64,000 bases of DNA from Smithellaceae bacterium (GTDB taxonomy: Bacteria > Desulfobacterota > Syntrophia > Syntrophales > Smithellaceae). This document shows, piece by piece, positions 1 to 9,483 of the stretch (positions are counted from its first letter, which is position 1; every line of letters starts with the position of its first letter). The stretch lies in assembly GCA_963667845.2 (NCBI GenBank), contig CAXXVL010000001.1:640001-704000 (forward strand), written 5' to 3'. The position numbers were made by a program, and so were the translations under genes. The notes under the pieces are model-generated. The model searched no databases. It was not told the DNA's origin and saw nothing but the letters and a program-made list of their open reading frames with translations.

Positions 1-51
1 CAGCTGATTTCCGGACGGGAATACTATATCAAAAACATGGAGGTACAATAG
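1..51 (+). CDS. hypA: C-terminal end of a hydrogenase maturation nickel metallochaperone HypA (partial, runs off the left edge)
   Basis: Frame 1 reads QLISGREYYIKNMEVQ-stop, a typical HypA C-terminus. Its TAG (49-51) overlaps the GTG start of hypB. Absent from the ORF track. Confidence 0.75.
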   Translation, partial: QLISGREYYIKNMEVQ

Positions 52-716
52 TGGACGATGTAAGGCTCATAGAAGTCAAGGAAGAAATTCTCGCCGACAA
101 CAATCAGGTGGCTGCAGGCGTTCGCAAGCGGCTGGCCGGGACAAAGACCCTGCTCCTGAATCTGATGTCCTCTCCGGGCTCGGGAAAAACGAGTCTGATC
201 GTGAAGACGATCGAGGGCCTGAAAGGCTCCGTAAGACTCGGTGTTGTCGAGGCCGATATCGATTCCAAAGTGGATGCGGAAAAAGTGGCAGCTATGGGGA
301 TACCGGCCGTTCAGCTCCGGACGGGAGGCTTCTGTCATCTCGACGCCACGATGGTCACACAGGGTATCGATGCCCTGCCCGCCGGGGATTTGGATTTGAT
401 TATTATTGAAAACGTCGGCAATCTGGTCTGCCCCGCCGAATTCGATACGGGCGCTCACAAAAACGTGATGATCCTGAGCGTTCCCGAAGGCGACGACAAG
501 CCGCTCAAGTACCCGCTCATGTTTTCGATCTGCGATGTTCTGCTGGTGAATAAGATCGATTACCTGTCGCTTAGCGACTTTGATCTCGCGAAGCTTCGCC
601 AAAGGGTCCTGGCCTTGAATCCCGACATTAAAATTATCGAAGTGTCCTGTAAAACCGGTGCGGGCATCGGGGAGTGGGTCGACTGGCTCAAGAAAGAAGT
701 GACCGCTTTTAAATAA
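51..716 (+). CDS. hypB: Hydrogenase nickel incorporation GTPase HypB
   Basis: SSPGSGKT P-loop, GGFCHLDA, ENVGNLVCPAEFD, EGDDKPLKYP and NKID motifs. GGAGG SD upstream of the GTG start. Confidence 0.97.
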   Translation: MDDVRLIEVKEEILADNNQVAAGVRKRLAGTKTLLLNLMSSPGSGKTSLIVKTIEGLKGSVRLGVVEADIDSKVDAEKVAAMGIPAVQLRTGGFCHLDATMVTQGIDALPAGDLDLIIIENVGNLVCPAEFDTGAHKNVMILSVPEGDDKPLKYPLMFSICDVLLVNKIDYLSLSDFDLAKLRQRVLALNPDIKIIEVSCKTGAGIGEWVDWLKKEVTAFK

Positions 717-1065
717 CTTCAATGCCTTCTATCCGGAACGCTGTGCCCGACAGAAGCGTATAGTTCGGCGTCAGGCAGCCAGGACAAAGAATTGCTTTAC
801 CGGCCATGGCGTCGGGATCGATTTCAAAATCCCTGCCGCAGTCGCGGCAGCGGCAGACGATGGGATCGTGGATAACCAGGATTTCTGCGTCCTCGGCTAT
901 CGTCCCGCGGCTTATGTAATTGAAGTAATGCTGAATCCACTCTTTCTGGATATCGCGAAGCGCTCCCAGTCTGAGCGCAATGGTTACCACCTTCCGGGAA
1001 TTCGTCTGCCCCGCGTACTTGAGCGCCGTTTCCAGGATGTTTTTTGTCAGGGAAAGCTCGTGCAT
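709..1065 (-). CDS. hypA: Second HypA/HybF nickel metallochaperone
   Basis: N-terminal MHE Ni-binding motif, two CxxC pairs (CRDC, CPGC), SG..F.IEGIEV C-terminus. Confidence 0.93.
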   Translation of the reverse strand: MHELSLTKNILETALKYAGQTNSRKVVTIALRLGALRDIQKEWIQHYFNYISRGTIAEDAEILVIHDPIVCRCRDCGRDFEIDPDAMAGKAILCPGCLTPNYTLLSGTAFRIEGIEVI

Positions 1066-1076
1066 GACGAAAGGCT

Positions 1077-2189
1077 CTAATTGCCGGCTTTGGCCGCGAG
1101 TCTCGCTTTGTCGATCTCGGCTTTTTCCAATCCCATGAGATCCTGATTATCAAAAAACTTTTCCACCTGGGGAAGGGTCAGCAGGTGGTCGGGTTTTCGC
1201 TCCAGGATCAGGGAATCGGTCGGGCAGGTGGTCACACACAGACCGCAGCCGACGCAGTATTCCCTGTTGAGGACAGTCTCGTCATCCGCATTGAGAGTCA
1301 TCGCCTTGACGGGACAGCGCTCGACACATTTTCCGCAGTTGACACAGCTTTCCTCATCTTTGGTGCATTTGTAGTTGCCCCAGGAATCATAACCCGTGCC
1401 GTGATGGATCTTGGCGGCCATCAGAAAACCACAGTGACACTTGGAGCAGTTGCAGAAACCGGAGCAGTCTTTGGCGTGGGCCATCTGTACAAACAGCCCG
1501 GCGCTCTCGTCCTGGTGCAGGATTGCGAGGGCCCGCTCGATGGTGATCACGCGCGGGTTGGCGATTTTTGTCTCCAGGAGATATTCCGCCATCGAACCGA
1601 AAGCGATACAGACGTTCATTTCATCCGTGCACTGGCAGTGCCTTTTGGCAAACGTGGCAACTTTTCGACAGGCGCAGTCACTCGCGACAATCAATTTCTG
1701 CTTTTTAATGATGGCTTCAATATCATCATCCGGCAGCAGCTTTCCGTCTTTGACCGTATCGGCTCGGACCGGAACAACTCTCGCGATCGGAATATGATAG
1801 TCCATCAGCACTTTTCCGTACACTTCCGCGTAATACTGCCCCATGTTGAGGGCATCTTTCTGGTCAATGCAGTCCACATTGAATTCCCAAATGCCATGGA
1901 TGAAGGGAACGATCCGGTATCGCTTCTCCAGACCCTCCCGCTCCCAATACAGAAGACCTCTCACGGCCATGGATTCCAGTTTTTTGGTTGCTTCTTCGAT
2001 GCTCATGTCCAAATCGCGGGCCACCTGTTGGGGCGTTTGCAGACCGCGTTTAAATCTGATAAAAATATCCGCGTCTTCCGGTGTGAATACTTTCTTCAGG
2101 AATACCAGTTCGGAACCTTTTTCCGTTTTGGGATAACCCTTGGTCATCGAATCCAGCTTCTGCCGCAGTCTTTCGTATATGTCTTCCAT
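1077..2189 (-). CDS. 4Fe-4S dicluster-domain protein with N-terminal winged-helix-like region and extra Cys-rich segments
   Basis: CVNCGKCVERCP and CVGCGLCVTTCP ferredoxin motifs, plus CACRK..CQC..C and CNCSKCHC. Confidence 0.85.
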   Translation of the reverse strand: MEDIYERLRQKLDSMTKGYPKTEKGSELVFLKKVFTPEDADIFIRFKRGLQTPQQVARDLDMSIEEATKKLESMAVRGLLYWEREGLEKRYRIVPFIHGIWEFNVDCIDQKDALNMGQYYAEVYGKVLMDYHIPIARVVPVRADTVKDGKLLPDDDIEAIIKKQKLIVASDCACRKVATFAKRHCQCTDEMNVCIAFGSMAEYLLETKIANPRVITIERALAILHQDESAGLFVQMAHAKDCSGFCNCSKCHCGFLMAAKIHHGTGYDSWGNYKCTKDEESCVNCGKCVERCPVKAMTLNADDETVLNREYCVGCGLCVTTCPTDSLILERKPDHLLTLPQVEKFFDNQDLMGLEKAEIDKARLAAKAGN

Positions 2190-2404
2190 CTTTCTTTCTC
2201 CTGTCTCAACTTCAGCGTAAATGCATCACGTATAATATTTGTCTTCTGACGGTGTCGTGCTCCTTAACATGCCCCTTGCGCGACGGCCACCATTAATTTT
2301 TCATCTTTTTAAACGGTGTATTTGCGATGGCTGATCCGAATAAACACGGCGGCACCCAAAATGTGATTCAGGCGGCCGCCGCTCCGGCGGATTTTTGAAG
2401 ATTT

Positions 2405-2504
2405 CTTAATGCCGCTGACGCGGGGCGAGCGTTAATTCCCTATCGCTTGCTGCAATATAATGACGCTCATTTCATGCCTCGACAGCCTGCTGCGAGGTGG
2501 TTGT
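2405..2504 (-). repeat. Dispersed ~100 bp triple-hairpin element, copy 1
   Basis: Reverse complement aligns along its length to copies at 18497, 54485 and 61855. Begins right after the stop of the 2506..2922 gene. Confidence 0.93.
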
Positions 2505-2505
2505 T

Positions 2506-2922
2506 TTACTGGCCGGACTGCGACCAGCACACGCTCCATTCTGAAGCTGAAGCGCCCTCTGATTTGCAGGAGGCAACACAGTTTGCATCCTCCTCACTGC
2601 AAAGTCTGCCGTTGGCCGTATAATTAAAGCACGCTAATTTTTTGTCGGTGCAGCAACCAATGCATTTATTGATGCGTCCGACACGTTCTTCTTCCGATTT
2701 TACACCGGCCTGATCTTTCGGAGTATTTACCTTTTCTTTCTCCCGCTCGACTTTAGCCGCGGATTCTTCAAATCTATCCTTTAACTCACATTTCATCCCC
2801 TGTTGCGGTGTGTCGGTGATCACCCTGTTGCCGTCGCGATCCAGGCAACTGTAAAGTTCTCCTGCATGAGCAGTGGTCATGACGGCGATAAAGACACCCA
2901 GAATTAAAAGTATTTGTTTCAT
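2506..2922 (-). CDS. Secreted DUF4124-like protein with Cys-rich C-terminal domain
   Basis: Signal peptide ending AHA, then ELYSCLDRDGNRVITDTP (DUF4124-like). Cys-rich tail. Confidence 0.7.
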   Translation of the reverse strand: MKQILLILGVFIAVMTTAHAGELYSCLDRDGNRVITDTPQQGMKCELKDRFEESAAKVEREKEKVNTPKDQAGVKSEEERVGRINKCIGCCTDKKLACFNYTANGRLCSEEDANCVASCKSEGASASEWSVCWSQSGQ

Positions 2923-3121
2923 TTTGTTTCCTCTATAATTGATTTCGTTATGAAACGTTTAAGAATCCTCTCCCATATCGATAAGAATAGTCGCTTTATC
3001 TTTAATACAATATGTTAGCATTTTTCTCAAGAAGTGAACCATACAGCAGGAGCGTTCGGAAAGGCCGGGCAGCGGTCTGATCGCAGACTTCCCATTCGCT
3101 TTTCCAGGGAGGCGCAATGAG

Positions 3122-3679
3122 CTATTTTTTGCTGAACATCTTTTTGAGCGCCGCCACAAAGGGGCCGTCTTCTCGCCAGGCGTGGCACGTGTTGACCAGA
3201 TATTTCATGACAAACCTGGCCTGATCGGGATCAAAGCCTGTCTTCTTCTGTGATCGGTGCGCCGCATATCCCTGGATGGCGGCCGGGGCCATGGCCAACA
3301 CGAGCTCCAGGAGATGGGTGCATCCTTTATTGCCTCCGGCTAATTTTTTGACTTTGGATGTAAAACCTCTGGTGATGGTGAGGCCTTTGATCCTGGCGAG
3401 GCAGTCGGTTGTTTCGCGGCACGCGTCGCGCGGCACGGATGTCAACCGGGCCTCAATGTCCTCGATGACAAGCGTGGAACAATGAACAAGCAGGCGGATG
3501 CCCATATGATGGATGACACCGCTCGGAAGCGTTTCGCCGGTTATCGTATGTGTGTCCTGAAAGCGATCATCTTTGAGCAACCCCTCTACGATGATTCTGT
3601 CGCCGCCATATTCAAAGGTCGATACTTCAATGTGTCTCGAATGTATTTTTTTGTCTTTCGCGGACCAGTTGGTTTGCAC
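3122..3679 (-). CDS. DUF2889 family protein
   Basis: HSRHIE, HHMGIRL, P...C and GGNKGCTHLLEL motifs. AAGGAG SD upstream of the GTG start. Confidence 0.85.
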   Translation of the reverse strand: MQTNWSAKDKKIHSRHIEVSTFEYGGDRIIVEGLLKDDRFQDTHTITGETLPSGVIHHMGIRLLVHCSTLVIEDIEARLTSVPRDACRETTDCLARIKGLTITRGFTSKVKKLAGGNKGCTHLLELVLAMAPAAIQGYAAHRSQKKTGFDPDQARFVMKYLVNTCHAWREDGPFVAALKKMFSKK

Positions 3680-4013
3680 GATATTCTCCTTTTATCAGGA
3701 CATCCGGTTATAAGTGCGAAAGCCTGCTTGGTGCCGGCTCAAATCATTTTGGTCATGATCTTCGGCACCGGCATTTTTTCAAAGGGAATATTTCTGCACG
3801 CATAGCCTTCGTCGAATAAACGGGTGAACCGCGCATCAAGTACCAGAGATAAAAGAAGACATAAAGCATTTCTTTTATCCATGCAGTGCGGATGGCTTCG
3901 CGGTTGACAGGCCGGAAGGAAGGATCGGCTTGTTCCTGCGGAAGCCGGTCTGATACCGAAAGATCAGCAGCGCCGAACTTTGCTGAAGTGATGAATTTCG
4001 CAAATATTGATTT

Positions 4014-4820
4014 TTATTTCTCCCGGATAACACCATTGGTCAGGGTTCCGATCTTTTCGATCTCGACGCTGACCACATCGCCTTCCTTCAGAAAAAGCGG
4101 CGGCCGGCGTGTGAAGCCGACGCCTTCCGGCGTGCCGGTCAGGATGACCGTACCGGGAAGAAGCGTCATGGACCGGCTCAGATTGCTGATCGTTGTCTTC
4201 ACATCGAAAATCATTTCCGCAGTTCGCGCGTCCTGAACGACCCGGCCATTGACGAGGCAGCGGATGCCCAGATCGTTGGGATCGGCGATTTCATCTTTGG
4301 TGATGATCCAGGGGCCGAGCGGGCAGAAAGTATCAAAACTTTTTCCCCTGGCCCACTGTCCTTTCTGCCTGTCAAACTGCCAATCACGGGCGCTCACGTC
4401 ATTGGCGCAGGTGTATCCGAAAACATGCTCGAGCGCCCGGTCCGGCGTGACGTTCTTGGCCTGTTTCCCGATGACAACGGCCAGCTCCGCTTCGTAATCC
4501 ACGCTGTCGGGACCCGCAGCGGGCAGGAAGATCGGGTTTTGATGGCCTGTCAGGCTTGAGGTTGCTTTGATGAACAAGACCGGTTGCGAAGGCACAGACA
4601 GGGCCGTTTCATCTCCATGTTTTTTGTAATTGATGCCCAATGCCAGAATGTTTACCGGGACCAGCGGCGGCAGGAGGGATTTGATTTTTGCGCTCCGGGA
4701 CAGAACCTTGAACATTTCAAAAAGATTGCCCTCGATGATTTTTGCCGCACCCGGTCTATCCGGGTCAGGCACGCCCCAGAGGACGCTTCCTCCGGCGGAA
4801 AGAAAACGTATAATCTTCAT
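4014..4820 (-). CDS. Fumarylacetoacetate hydrolase family protein
   Basis: GINY..H, DYEAELAVVIGK, NDVSARDWQ, GKSFDTFCPLGP and TGTPEGVG motifs. Confidence 0.95.
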   Translation of the reverse strand: MKIIRFLSAGGSVLWGVPDPDRPGAAKIIEGNLFEMFKVLSRSAKIKSLLPPLVPVNILALGINYKKHGDETALSVPSQPVLFIKATSSLTGHQNPIFLPAAGPDSVDYEAELAVVIGKQAKNVTPDRALEHVFGYTCANDVSARDWQFDRQKGQWARGKSFDTFCPLGPWIITKDEIADPNDLGIRCLVNGRVVQDARTAEMIFDVKTTISNLSRSMTLLPGTVILTGTPEGVGFTRRPPLFLKEGDVVSVEIEKIGTLTNGVIREK

Positions 4821-4865
4821 TATCCTCTCCCTCTTTGCGGCCTGCGCCCAAAGACGCGCCGCTGC

Positions 4866-6164
4866 CTATTTTTTTGAATTTCCCAATTCCCTGTCCAGAA
4901 TTTCGTTGAACTTTAAAGACGCTTTGCGGTCGCTTAAAATGGAGGTGTGATCGCTTTCGTATGCGAAAGTTTCAACGGCCCCGGCTGTGGCCCGTTCATC
5001 GAGCGCCTTGTTTCCACAGAGCGTGTCGTTATTCCCGTAAAAAATATAGTGTCTGACGCCTTGCGGCAGCTTGCCCGCGAGCGTCGTTTTGATGAAGGGG
5101 CTCTGCGTCCCGAGGTCCACCCAGACGGGGATGCTTTTGTGAGTGATGATCTGCGAGGCGTCGGCGGCGCTGAATCCGCTCCAGGGGGTTGCAAATGTTA
5201 TAAACAATTTTATGAAATGAAGATCGCCGTCTTTGGAAAAACGGGTCAGGAGCGACCGGCCTGTCAGACCGCCCACACTGTGAGCAACCAGGCCCATTTT
5301 CTGAAATCCGTACTTCTGATGGAGTTCGTGCAATTCCTCGTTGAGCAGGGCGGCAGCCAGCGATAGCCGAATGCCGGAAGGGTAGTAAAAAAACCAGGGC
5401 TGGTAGCGGTTGCGGTCCATCCGCAGGTAGAGATAAATCCAGTTCTGCGGGCTTCCTTCCGTTCCGTGAACGAAAAGGACGGGAATCTTTCGGGGGTTGT
5501 ATTCTTCGGTCAAATAAATGTGCGCGCCGAGCGCTTTCAGGAAGGATGACGGCCGCCAGTATCCGGTTTGAGCATTTTCCGCGGAAAAGTATTCATGATA
5601 GATTTTTAATACCTGGCCGTTGTAAGTTACCTGCCGGACGATATCCTTCGCTTTGGGGATTGCGGGTCCCATGGGGAGCGCTGTGGTGGAGCCATTGGGC
5701 CGCTTAGCCGGGATCACGACGCCGGTCACCAGCTCATTTTCGCGGACCGCTATTTCTGCGGGAGAAGAAAACGAGCCGTAGACGCCCGATAGTTCGTCCG
5801 CATCATAGACCCCGTCACGATTGTAATCCGTGAAGCTGTATAGGCGATATCGTCCTTCCGGCAGATAAAGCATGAACGACCCCGACGCATTGACGGCCAG
5901 CCAGTCGGTCAGAGCCCAGTTGACCACAGAAGGTTGAGCGACGATCATTGTAGACGTTTCTTTGGGCGCGCCGGTAATCCGTCCCTTAATCACCGCCGAG
6001 TTATAGACGGGCGCATCGTTCTTGCCTTTCTGAATAAGCGGCCACGATACGACATCGTCCTTTTCCGGGATGGTGAGATAGCTGCAGCCCGTCAGGACCG
6101 GCGGCAGGAGCAAAGCCAGTAAAGTCAGCGTCAACAAAAATAAAGATCCGGCCTGCCTGCTCAT
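4866..6164 (-). CDS. Lipoprotein alpha/beta-hydrolase (lipase/esterase-like) with N-terminal beta-sandwich domain
   Basis: LTGC lipobox, PVLFVHG oxyanion motif, AHSVGG nucleophile elbow, C-terminal DHTSIL His. Confidence 0.85.
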   Translation of the reverse strand: MSRQAGSLFLLTLTLLALLLPPVLTGCSYLTIPEKDDVVSWPLIQKGKNDAPVYNSAVIKGRITGAPKETSTMIVAQPSVVNWALTDWLAVNASGSFMLYLPEGRYRLYSFTDYNRDGVYDADELSGVYGSFSSPAEIAVRENELVTGVVIPAKRPNGSTTALPMGPAIPKAKDIVRQVTYNGQVLKIYHEYFSAENAQTGYWRPSSFLKALGAHIYLTEEYNPRKIPVLFVHGTEGSPQNWIYLYLRMDRNRYQPWFFYYPSGIRLSLAAALLNEELHELHQKYGFQKMGLVAHSVGGLTGRSLLTRFSKDGDLHFIKLFITFATPWSGFSAADASQIITHKSIPVWVDLGTQSPFIKTTLAGKLPQGVRHYIFYGNNDTLCGNKALDERATAGAVETFAYESDHTSILSDRKASLKFNEILDRELGNSKK

Positions 6165-7252
6165 TCCTCTTTACCCAACCTTTCCAGGTATTCGACGGTT
6201 TTTTGTTGATTTCTCTGCCTGGCCAGATCGAGGGCGTTTTCACCCGCCGCATTTTTCAAGGTGATATTCGCCCGGTGCTCCACAAGGAAGGCAACCATAC
6301 TGTCCGACCCATATTTTGCGGCGAGCATGACCGGCGTAAACCCCTCGCTGTCTTGAAGATTGACCCGGCCTTTCTTCCGGACGAGGAGCACGACGATGTC
6401 CGGAAGGTCGTATAAAGCGGCAAGATGCAGAGCCGTCTGGCCCTGACTGTCAGAGAGGTTGACGTCCTGCGGTTTTGTCAGCAGGAAAGCGGCAAGCGAT
6501 GCCTGGCGGCTTTGAATGCTTTTCATCAGCGGTGTTTCGCCCCTGGCATCCTGGTCATTGAGCGATGCACCGCGGTCGATCAACAATTGTGCATTGGTTT
6601 GATCACCCTGCCTCGCCGCCAGATGAAGCGGTGTTCTGCCTTTTTGGTCTTTGAGTGCCACAGCGGCTTTCCGGTTGATGAGCAGCGTGGCAACATCATA
6701 AATGCGGTAATCGAGGGCCAGATGCAGTGCTGTTTCACCGAAGCCGTTTTGAAGATCAATGCCTTTCCCCGTGGCGAGTAAAAGCGGGACGCTTTCCCAG
6801 CTTTTGTTGTAGATGCCCCACATTAACGCCGTGTATCCGTGCTTGTCCTGAGCGGCGGGATCGGCGCCGTAGGCGAGCAAAAGGTCAACCAGGTTGGGGC
6901 GCCGCTCATTGATGGCGATCATCAGCGGTGTCGTGCCGTCTTTGTCCTGCTGGTTCACATTTGCTTTCTTCATCAGGAAATATTCAGCCAGGCCTTCATG
7001 ACCATACTGAACGGCATACATCAAACCGGTCCAGCGATAAGAGTCCGCAGCAGAGACGTCTATCATATTTTCTTCCACCAGACGCATGACGGAAGCGATG
7101 TCGCCTTTTCGTGAAGCATCAAAGAACACGCTTCGCGTCACTCCCCGGGCGGATGCTGCATTCCAGTCGGGTTGCCTGATTTGCAGCGCCGAGCAGGCGC
7201 ACAGACACGTAATGATGAACACGAATAGGACATTGATGCTTGCGCCGCGCAT
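6161..7252 (-). CDS. Ankyrin-repeat lipoprotein
   Basis: About nine G.T(P/A)L(H/M).A ankyrin repeats and an LCAC lipobox. Start is uncertain (ATG 7252 or GTG 7294). Stop overlaps the hydrolase start (ATGA). Confidence 0.9.
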   Translation of the reverse strand: MRGASINVLFVFIITCLCACSALQIRQPDWNAASARGVTRSVFFDASRKGDIASVMRLVEENMIDVSAADSYRWTGLMYAVQYGHEGLAEYFLMKKANVNQQDKDGTTPLMIAINERRPNLVDLLLAYGADPAAQDKHGYTALMWGIYNKSWESVPLLLATGKGIDLQNGFGETALHLALDYRIYDVATLLINRKAAVALKDQKGRTPLHLAARQGDQTNAQLLIDRGASLNDQDARGETPLMKSIQSRQASLAAFLLTKPQDVNLSDSQGQTALHLAALYDLPDIVVLLVRKKGRVNLQDSEGFTPVMLAAKYGSDSMVAFLVEHRANITLKNAAGENALDLARQRNQQKTVEYLERLGKEE

Positions 7253-7321
7253 GATCGATAAACGCCTCCACAAATAGCTGCACTGCCGGTTCACACTTTT
7301 CTACCACGACCCGGCAGTGAA

Positions 7322-7421
7322 TTCAATCCCGCTGTTGCAAGACGAGCTTTGATTCTCCGCAGCTTGCTGCGATATAATGACGCTCATTTCATACCTCGAC
7401 AGCTTGCTGCGAAGTGGTTGA
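7322..7421 (-). repeat. Dispersed ~100 bp triple-hairpin element, copy 2
   Basis: TTCAATCCCGC...CAGCTTGCTGCGATATAATGACGCTCATTTCATACCTCGACAGCTTGCTGCGAAGTGGTTGA matches copy 1. Confidence 0.92.
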
Positions 7422-7559
7422 TCTTGAAGTCGTGAGACATAATAGCCCTTGTCACAAGGCGGGTATTTCCTGTATAAAATGTAAAAGTGCGAGCAATATC
7501 ATCGGGACGAATGAAGAAAATGCTTCGCCGTGATTTTTTCACTCAAGAGGTGCCTTCCC

Positions 7560-7871
7560 ATGACGGATTTATGGACGTATATCGGCAGCTGGTCGGCTCT
7601 GCAGTGGGTGTTGCTTGTCCTCATTGCCGGTTTTATCGGCCAGTTCGGCAAGATGCTGGCCCAAGCCATTATCACCCGGGTTCGTCTCAAACGCTCCGGA
7701 CAACGTGCCGGGGTGGCGGATCAAAGTTTACGGCAGGAGTCGTCTGCGCCCCCGGTTGTTTCACCCGAAGGACCTCCCGCACTGCCTGCCGTCACCGGAG
7801 ATATTCCGGATAAAAAAGCATTAAAAATTGCGGCCAAGGCCCGGAAGAAAGAAGCAAAGAAAAGAGAATAG
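7560..7871 (+). CDS. Small membrane-anchored hypothetical protein with basic C-terminus
   Basis: GAGGTG SD before ATG 7560. One hydrophobic segment (WVLLVLIAGFIGQFGK), Pro-rich linker, Lys-rich tail. Confidence 0.75.
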   Translation: MTDLWTYIGSWSALQWVLLVLIAGFIGQFGKMLAQAIITRVRLKRSGQRAGVADQSLRQESSAPPVVSPEGPPALPAVTGDIPDKKALKIAAKARKKEAKKRE

Positions 7872-8081
7872 ATAATTCCAGCGACGGCTGCCGTCAGATG
7901 ATGGATTTCAACATAGATTCGGCCAGGGGGAATGCTTTCCGGCGCAGGACAGGAAACGGCGGCAGGTTAATGGCAGTAAATGAAAGAAGCAGTGACCGCG
8001 GCGAAGTATCGACGGAGTCGAGGCATAAAATCCGACTTCCGTCCTTGCGGGCCGCCGGGCAAGGATACTGATGACTGCTTA

Positions 8082-9389
8082 TTAAACGGCAGGTTCATGC
8101 TCTTCTGCGGCATGTTTCTTACTGCCTTCGTAGAGTTCATATTCCAGCAGGCGGCATTCGATCTCGCCGTTGTAGAAGGTGAGCCGTCTCTTTGTGCGTA
8201 AACCCACTTTCTTGATCAGTTCGAAATTGCCCGTGAAAATATAGCCGTGATAGCCCCGGCTGATGCCTTTGAAAAAATCGCCGCACTTCTCATAAAGCGC
8301 TTCGAGGCGCTGCAGAGCGCCTCCTGCTCCGCCCGGGTGAACGCGATCGGCAGCTCTGCGGATAATGACCTTCTGACCCGGGGCGAGCTCTTGCCTGCGT
8401 TGAGGCTTCAGTGTCTTGATCTTTAAGGGCTCCATACGTTCGCCGTAGGGAGGATTCATTACGATGATACCGCCTCCTCCCGGTGTGGGGGTTTTCTCAA
8501 AAGGACAGACCTTGAATTCAATCAGACGGTCAACGCCCGCTGTCTGCGCATTTTGGCGGGCCGCTTCCACAGCCTTGGGATCGATGTCGGAAGCGATGAT
8601 CGTGGTCGATAGCGTTTTTTGCGATTCATTGCGGGCGTTCCTGCGCATCTCCTGCCAGAGTTCACGGGGAAAATCTTTAATATGCATGAAACCGTAGTTG
8701 CTGCGCCCGAGTCCCGGCGCCCGGTTCAGGGCCAGCAGCGCCGCCTCGATGGCGAGCGTGCCGCTGCCGCACATCGGATTGATAAACGGCGTCCTGCCCT
8801 TCCATCCCGTGGCCAGAATCAAAGCGGCCGCCAGGGTTTCCTGCATCGGAGCCGTAAGCGGTATCTTGCGATATCCCCGCATGGAGAGCCGGTCACCGGA
8901 GGTGTCGATATAGACCATCGCCTGGTCATTGCGCCAGTAAACGTGAATCACAGCCCTGTCTTTTTCCGGTCCCGAATCAGGCCGGATGCCGCCCTTATCC
9001 CGGATTTTGTCCACAATGGCGTCCTTGGCTTTGAGGTTGGCAAAGCGCGAGTCCGTGACCAGAGGGTTATCCACCACGGACGTGACGCAGACATAGGCGC
9101 TCGGGCCGGAATCATAAAGGAGCGTTTCCCAGGGAAGGGCATTAATGCGTTCATAAAGAGCGCCGGGGGAGATGACCTTGAACATCTGCAACTGATAAAG
9201 GACGCGCTGAGCCGTGCGCAAATAAAGATTCAGCCGCATGGTGTCTTCGAGTGTGCCTTCGGTCGAAATTGCGGTATCGATTTCGTGCAGAACCGGAAAC
9301 CCCAACGCCTCGATTTCCGCTTTCAGGTAAGGCGCGACGCCCTTGGGGCAGGTCACCAGAATTCTGTTTTTCTTTTGCCAGATAGACAT
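8082..9389 (-). CDS. THUMP-domain class I SAM-dependent RNA methyltransferase (RlmL/YpsC-like)
   Basis: NL.LRTA.RVL, DTSG..L..RGYR, APMQETLAAA, NPMCGSGTLAIEA and NPPYGER motifs. Start moved to ATG 9389. Confidence 0.92.
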   Translation of the reverse strand: MSIWQKKNRILVTCPKGVAPYLKAEIEALGFPVLHEIDTAISTEGTLEDTMRLNLYLRTAQRVLYQLQMFKVISPGALYERINALPWETLLYDSGPSAYVCVTSVVDNPLVTDSRFANLKAKDAIVDKIRDKGGIRPDSGPEKDRAVIHVYWRNDQAMVYIDTSGDRLSMRGYRKIPLTAPMQETLAAALILATGWKGRTPFINPMCGSGTLAIEAALLALNRAPGLGRSNYGFMHIKDFPRELWQEMRRNARNESQKTLSTTIIASDIDPKAVEAARQNAQTAGVDRLIEFKVCPFEKTPTPGGGGIIVMNPPYGERMEPLKIKTLKPQRRQELAPGQKVIIRRAADRVHPGGAGGALQRLEALYEKCGDFFKGISRGYHGYIFTGNFELIKKVGLRTKRRLTFYNGEIECRLLEYELYEGSKKHAAEEHEPAV

Positions 9390-9483
9390 GGCCGCTCTTA
9401 ACACACCCCATGGAGCTTCGCAATGCAAATCAAACGCAATGATCCCGAAATGACTGTTAAAGGGTGTTGCAGCAGAATTTTCG

